Shown one piece after another: positions 59,229-64,000 of a DNA stretch of 64,000 bases (position 1 is the stretch's first letter; each line of letters opens with the position of its first letter). Under the pieces are notes generated by a model. That model was not told the DNA's origin and ran no database searches. It was given only the letters and a program-made list of their open reading frames with translations. Origin of the DNA: Arenicellales bacterium (GTDB taxonomy: Bacteria; Pseudomonadota; Gammaproteobacteria; Arenicellales; JAJDZL01); the NCBI GenBank assembly GCA_965214785.1, contig OZ243975.1, positions 1,824,232 to 1,888,231 of the forward strand, in the 5' to 3' direction. A program made the position numbers and the translations under genes.

Positions 59229-60455
59229 TCAAGGCGAACCAAGACCGATACTTACACCCTGCCCGACCCCAACACACATCGTAACCAATGCCCGATCGAT
59301 ATTTTTTCTATTCATCTCAAGCGCCGCTGTTCCAACTATTCGTGCACCACTCATCCCTAGCGGGTGGCCAAGTGCGATTGCCCCTCCGTTCGGATTAACG
59401 TGAGGAGACTTTTCATCGACTCCCAATTCCCGCAACACTGCAAGGCATTGCGCAGCGAACGCTTCATTGACCTCAACAATTCCAAACTGATCAGGTATTA
59501 AATTGAGTTGATTGCAAAGTTTGTGGGTAGCAGGTACCGGGCCGATGCCCATAAGCCGCGGCTCTACACCAGCTGCAGCACTGCCTAAAACTCTCGCGAC
59601 AGGGGTTAAATCGAATTGGTTCACCGCCTTTTCGGAGGCAATGATCATTGCTGCTGCTCCGTCGTTGATTCCAGAACAGTTTCCCGCGGTTACGGTACCT
59701 CGTCGCCCAAACAATGACTTGAGTTTCGAAAGTGACTCCAGGTTAGTTTGCCGAGGATGTTCGTCAACATCAAATACACCTTTGCGCACCGCAGATATCG
59801 ACGAAGATTTACTGTCCGCGGATATTTCAACAGGGACAATTTCGTCTTTAAAAATTCCAGCCTGATGCGCTATATGCCAGTTTTCCTGACTTTTTAAGGC
59901 GAAGGCATCCTGATCTTCACGCGTAATTCCGTAGTGCTCAGCTACGTTTTGCGCGGTCTGGGGCATCGAGTCGACACCGAAGTGCTCTTCGATGAGCGGA
60001 TTGACAAACCGCCAGCCCAAAGTCGTATCGTAGATTTCAGCATTCCTGGAAAACGGTGACTGTGATTTGGGGATTACGAATGGCGCACGCGACATGCTTT
60101 CAACCCCGCCAGCAATAATAACCTGTGCTTGTCCACAGCGAATCGCCTGGGCCGCTGCGATTACCGCGCTCATACCCGATGCGCAAAGACGGTTTATGGT
60201 TACCCCTGGCACCGAGATCGGCAATCCAGCCAGCAGCAATGCCATTCTGGCAATATTGCGATTGTCCTCACCGGCCTGATTTGCGCAACCGATAATCACG
60301 TCATCAATCGCTAACTGATCTAATTTCCCCTCAATCTGCCTGGCTATCTCGCGGATCGGGATGGCTGCCAGATCATCGGTGCGCACTGACGCCAGTGAAC
60401 CTGCGAATTTCCCCACTGGCGTTCGCAAGTAATTACATATGTAGGCTTCATTCAT
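59229..60455 (-). CDS. pcaF: 3-oxoadipyl-CoA thiolase (PcaF/PaaJ type)
   Basis: GCANQAGEDNRNIARM, NRLCASG, YDTTLGWRFVN, NEAFA, GGAIALGHPLG, MCVGVGQG. Confidence 0.88.
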   Translation of the reverse strand: MNEAYICNYLRTPVGKFAGSLASVRTDDLAAIPIREIARQIEGKLDQLAIDDVIIGCANQAGEDNRNIARMALLLAGLPISVPGVTINRLCASGMSAVIAAAQAIRCGQAQVIIAGGVESMSRAPFVIPKSQSPFSRNAEIYDTTLGWRFVNPLIEEHFGVDSMPQTAQNVAEHYGITREDQDAFALKSQENWHIAHQAGIFKDEIVPVEISADSKSSSISAVRKGVFDVDEHPRQTNLESLSKLKSLFGRRGTVTAGNCSGINDGAAAMIIASEKAVNQFDLTPVARVLGSAAAGVEPRLMGIGPVPATHKLCNQLNLIPDQFGIVEVNEAFAAQCLAVLRELGVDEKSPHVNPNGGAIALGHPLGMSGARIVGTAALEMNRKNIDRALVTMCVGVGQGVSIGLGSP

Positions 60456-60477
60456 TTTTTGTCATCTTCGATAGTGC

Positions 60478-61677
60478 TTATACAGCGCCTTCAATCCCGG
60501 TGGAACCGTACAACCAACTGAGCGTATCGCACCAGTCACTTTGAGATTTATCACTCATAATCTTATTCCTTAAGTCACCATGAGCATCCGAACAGTGGTA
60601 AATATGATCGCCAATGAGCCGCGACATCAATTGAACTTTCGCCGTACGTAAATAACGACGATCGCGGTAATTGATAAAAGCTGTTTCAATATCGCCATCT
60701 TGACGTTCCATTTCGTCTGCCAGGCAAACGGCGTCTTCCATTGCCATGCAAGCACCCTGTGCAAAGTACTGCAGCATGGGATGAGCCGCATCACCAAGCA
60801 GTGCGACAGGCCCATCGACCCATTTCGAAGCGGGTTCTCGATCACACAACACCCATAGTTTCCAGTCCTTGCCCCGTTCAATGATTTGCCGGGCAAGCGG
60901 GTTGACGTGTTCGAAACCTTTGCGCACGACATCGTGCGTGACAGGCAAGCCGGCAACTGGCTGCGGCGCATCATTATGATAGGTGACAACCAGGTTGAAT
61001 CGCTTCCAATCCGACAGAGGGTAGTGAACAATATGGCACTTCGGTCCCGCCCAAAGTGTTGCCGCATTCCAGCGAATCTGTTGCGGCATGTCATCAGTCG
61101 CGATAACCGAGCGGTAGGTCGTATGTCCCGACACTCTCGGAGAACCATCACCGATGAGCTGACTGCGCACATTCGACCAAAGACCGTCAGCACCGATTAG
61201 TGCGGAACTTTGAACATCAGTAGAATTGTCCAGGCACACTGAAACACCACTTTGGGTACGTCTGTAACCCGAAACCGCTGAGTTTGCGCGCAACTCCACC
61301 AGCTCGCTATCTTCACAAGCGTTCAAAAACACACGGTAAAGGTCTGCGCGATGAACCACCCCGTAGGGATTTTTGAACCTTTCTCGAAACTCGCCATCAA
61401 GTGCAATTCGTACAATCTGCTGGCCGCTCATCGCATCCATCAAACGCAGACTGTCGATGTAAACTGCCATTTCCCGAGCCCGGTCACCAACACCAAGGTA
61501 ATCAAAAGCGTGAAACGCGTTCGGTCCCAACTGAATACCGGCACCGATTTCCTCGAAGCTGGAAGACTTTTCCAGAACAACGCAATAGAAACCTTTTTGA
61601 GACAACCCCATCGCTGCGGAAAGTCCGCCGATTCCGCCGCCTGCTATGACAATGGGTTTTGAATTTCTAGCTTTCAT
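60478..61677 (-). CDS. 3-hydroxybenzoate 6-monooxygenase-like flavoprotein hydroxylase
   Basis: GGGIGG, EIGAGIQLGPNAF, IGADGLWS, SGHTTYRSV, WAGPKCHIVHYPL, GDAAHPMLQYFAQGACMA; start set at ATG 61677. Confidence 0.85.
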   Translation of the reverse strand: MKARNSKPIVIAGGGIGGLSAAMGLSQKGFYCVVLEKSSSFEEIGAGIQLGPNAFHAFDYLGVGDRAREMAVYIDSLRLMDAMSGQQIVRIALDGEFRERFKNPYGVVHRADLYRVFLNACEDSELVELRANSAVSGYRRTQSGVSVCLDNSTDVQSSALIGADGLWSNVRSQLIGDGSPRVSGHTTYRSVIATDDMPQQIRWNAATLWAGPKCHIVHYPLSDWKRFNLVVTYHNDAPQPVAGLPVTHDVVRKGFEHVNPLARQIIERGKDWKLWVLCDREPASKWVDGPVALLGDAAHPMLQYFAQGACMAMEDAVCLADEMERQDGDIETAFINYRDRRYLRTAKVQLMSRLIGDHIYHCSDAHGDLRNKIMSDKSQSDWCDTLSWLYGSTGIEGAV

Positions 61678-61878
61678 GGGTAGTTTTGAAATTGACGGAT
61701 TCCCGGTCCGATTAATCTGATTGCAAGCCAATTGTCCTATCAGTCATTTAGTTGAAATTAATAGACTAACACCGCCCAGATGCCGTAAACATCATCGCGG
61801 ATTATCTGTTGCAAAACCTCTCGCGCCCATATATTTTCTATGCTGTCAGGGTGTCTTGGCAATTTTATTAGTCTTTTT

Positions 61879-63215
61879 CACTGCTGTCCCGTTGTTTGGA
61901 GGAAAACGGCTTGTATCTGATTGATATTTATTCAATAATGACCTGTAGGAGGGTGTCCGAGACTTCAGTGGAAACTTCCGTCTCCAACTCCCCTCCAAAC
62001 AGATCAATTATCAATCAGGAGTATACCCATCATGTACGAAGGACAGTTTGTTTTTTCACAAATTATGACCCACCTGCCTTGGAAAACCTTTCACCGATGC
62101 GTGGACCGCTACCGAGGCGACCACAAAGTTCGAACATTCCGATGTTCCCAACAATACCGATCCATGGCGCTTGCTCAGATGTGTCGCCGAAGCAGTTTAC
62201 GCGAGCTGGTCGTGTGCCTGCGTTGTCATTCGGACAAGCTATATCATCTCGGTCTGTCGGCCGGCATATCACGAAGCACGCTTGCAAAAGCCAACGAAAA
62301 TCGAGACTGGCGGATTTATGCCGACTTCGCCCAGCGTCTGATCGCAATGGCTCGTCCACTTTACGGTCCCGAAGACAGCGAGTTGAATTTGCGCGAAACC
62401 GTCTACGCACTCGACTCGTCTACCATCGATTTGTGTCTTTCGCTGTTTCCGTGGGCACCGTTTCGAAAAACCAAATCCGGCATCAAATTACACACCTTGT
62501 TGGATTTACAGGGAAATATTCCCTCGTTTATTGAAATTACCGATGCGAAACTCAATGATGTGAACATTCTTGATGCTTTTTTGCCAGAACCCGGTTCCAT
62601 CTATGTGATGGATCGTGCATACGTCGATTACCAGCGGCTGCATACATTTCACAGTTATGGCAGTTACTTCGTCGTGCGCGCCAAATCCAATACCAAGTTC
62701 CGTCGCCTTTACTCGCATGCCAATGACCGCGGCAATGGGTTGATCTATGACCAAAGAGGCGTGCTGACCGGTACTGAAAGTGCCAAGCGTTATCCTGATA
62801 AACTGCGACGAATTAAGTATGCCGACCGCGAGCGAGACAAGACTTTAATCTTTTTGACCAACAATACGTATTTGCCAGCACTGACCATAGCTGACTTGTA
62901 TAAGAACCGATGGCAAGTGGAATTGCACTTTAAGTGGGTCAAACAGCATTTGAAAATCAAATCGTTCTATGGCATCAGTGAAAACGCCGTCAAGACTCAA
63001 ATCTGGATTGCTGTTTCAGTCTACGTGCTACTTGCGATAATCAGAAAACGGATGGCTCTGGACATGAATCTCTACACTATTTCGCAAGTTCTCGATACTA
63101 CCTTGTTTCAAAAAACAACACTAACTCAACTATTTACGGAATACGGATACAAACCAGAACTGGAGCTGCCGTATAAGCAATTGAATCTATTTGATTATTT
63201 AACGGGACACTAGTG
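61879..63215 (+). mobile_element. Complete IS4-family insertion sequence (1337 bp)
   Basis: IRL CACTGCTGTCCCGTT (61879-61893) vs reverse complement of IRR CACTAGTGTCCCGTT (63201-63215), 13/15 match; flanking 9-bp direct repeat AGTCTTTTT (61870-61878, 63216-63224). Confidence 0.92.
62032..63213 (+). CDS. IS4-family DDE transposase (DUF4372-type N-terminus)
   Basis: ALDSSTI, IKLH, VMDRAY, YKNRWQVELHFK (Y-R-E-K), CAGGAG RBS. Confidence 0.95.
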   Translation: MYEGQFVFSQIMTHLPWKTFHRCVDRYRGDHKVRTFRCSQQYRSMALAQMCRRSSLRELVVCLRCHSDKLYHLGLSAGISRSTLAKANENRDWRIYADFAQRLIAMARPLYGPEDSELNLRETVYALDSSTIDLCLSLFPWAPFRKTKSGIKLHTLLDLQGNIPSFIEITDAKLNDVNILDAFLPEPGSIYVMDRAYVDYQRLHTFHSYGSYFVVRAKSNTKFRRLYSHANDRGNGLIYDQRGVLTGTESAKRYPDKLRRIKYADRERDKTLIFLTNNTYLPALTIADLYKNRWQVELHFKWVKQHLKIKSFYGISENAVKTQIWIAVSVYVLLAIIRKRMALDMNLYTISQVLDTTLFQKTTLTQLFTEYGYKPELELPYKQLNLFDYLTGH

Positions 63216-63226
63216 AGTCTTTTTCA

Positions 63227-64000
63227 CTAATAGCCGGTCATCTCCAGGTATCCCACTCCAGATATCAATTTTCCGCGTTCGCTTGCGCTGACCTGCACCG
63301 AGCCTTCCCAATAACGAAACGACTGATGGCGTTCCTGTGCATTGACTGTCGCTTCTATATCAAGGACAAGGTGGCGCTGCGGAACTTCAATGCGCCAGTA
63401 CACCGGATATGTCGATTGAGTCTCGGGACTTGTCCACATCTGCATAGGACGAAAAGAAACCTCCCGCGCAGGCACTTGGTCTAAGGTGCCTGTCCCATCA
63501 ATCAAAACAGCGTATTTGAACGAATCTTTCGAATCATCGTGGTGCCTGACCTGAAAGAACATCATCTCTCGCCCATCGTCTAACTGTAAAGAGAACCAGT
63601 CCCAACCAGACTGAGTTTCGTCAAGTGCTGATGAAAACCATTCATGGTCCATCCAACTGGTACCGGTGACTTCCAGCGACTGTCCGTGAATCGTCAAAGT
63701 GCCGTCGGTGTGCATTCGAGTCAGCGAATAGTAATATGAGGCATTTTCGTTCGATTCGCTTTTTCGGCTGAGCCCGTTTTTTCCGTGCAACACTGCGTCT
63801 TTGACGCTGACGAGCTGCAAATCCAAAGTAAAGTCATCACTTGTTACCGCGATATCAAGATCAAGGCATCCTCTGCAATCTCCTGATGACCCGCTGGCAG
63901 ACCAGTTTTCCACATAGACCGAAAACGGCTGTGCCCGCGCACCTGCAAGACCCAATACATCCCGACTGTACATTTCGTCAACAAGATACTCACCGCTTTG
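63227..64000 (-). CDS. AttH/CrtC-like lipocalin-domain protein (5' end outside the window)
   Basis: ASYYYS, SWMDHEW, GWDWFSLQLDDG, W.SP....YP..W, YWEG, GYLEMTGY. Confidence 0.88.
   Translation of the reverse strand, partial: QSGEYLVDEMYSRDVLGLAGARAQPFSVYVENWSASGSSGDCRGCLDLDIAVTSDDFTLDLQLVSVKDAVLHGKNGLSRKSESNENASYYYSLTRMHTDGTLTIHGQSLEVTGTSWMDHEWFSSALDETQSGWDWFSLQLDDGREMMFFQVRHHDDSKDSFKYAVLIDGTGTLDQVPAREVSFRPMQMWTSPETQSTYPVYWRIEVPQRHLVLDIEATVNAQERHQSFRYWEGSVQVSASERGKLISGVGYLEMTGY

Overview
Bacterial chromosomal window of roughly 50% GC. It is most consistent with a marine Gammaproteobacterium, possibly host-associated given the Sel1/ankyrin proteins and several toxin-antitoxin (TA) modules; this is inference. 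Housekeeping blocks are dsbB, a moxR-DUF58-DUF4381-batA-batB/C-batD operon, rph-rdgB-gpmA, gloA, a rhodanese divergent from envC-like/ctpA, and iscR-sufBCDSU-sufT followed by a CCAEP-tail radical SAM gene. Accessory blocks are an intact FitAB-type TA pair, a decayed AbrB/VapC pair, HipBA, three secreted proteins including a Sel1-PG-binding-ankyrin protein, a betaine-type ABC transporter, a LacI-controlled ThDP enzyme/sugar-ABC/HisD-paralog catabolic operon, two aromatic-catabolism genes and a complete IS4-family element with a 9-bp target duplication. The most striking feature is an 8-gene co-oriented cluster at 21348-29941. It encodes an acidic secreted protein, an outer-membrane lipoprotein, a TPR-like/PEGA protein, a membrane-anchored PEGA plus non-catalytic FGE-fold protein, a 57-aa ...SFPVDI protein absent from the ORF track, a MotA/TolQ/ExbB channel, and two MotB/ExbD-like subunits with a transmembrane Asp and periplasmic vWA domains. 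This looks like an uncharacterised ion-driven trans-envelope machine. A G9 tract also places a secreted-protein gene out of frame with its signal peptide, which may be phase variation. No rRNA, tRNA or CRISPR array was seen.
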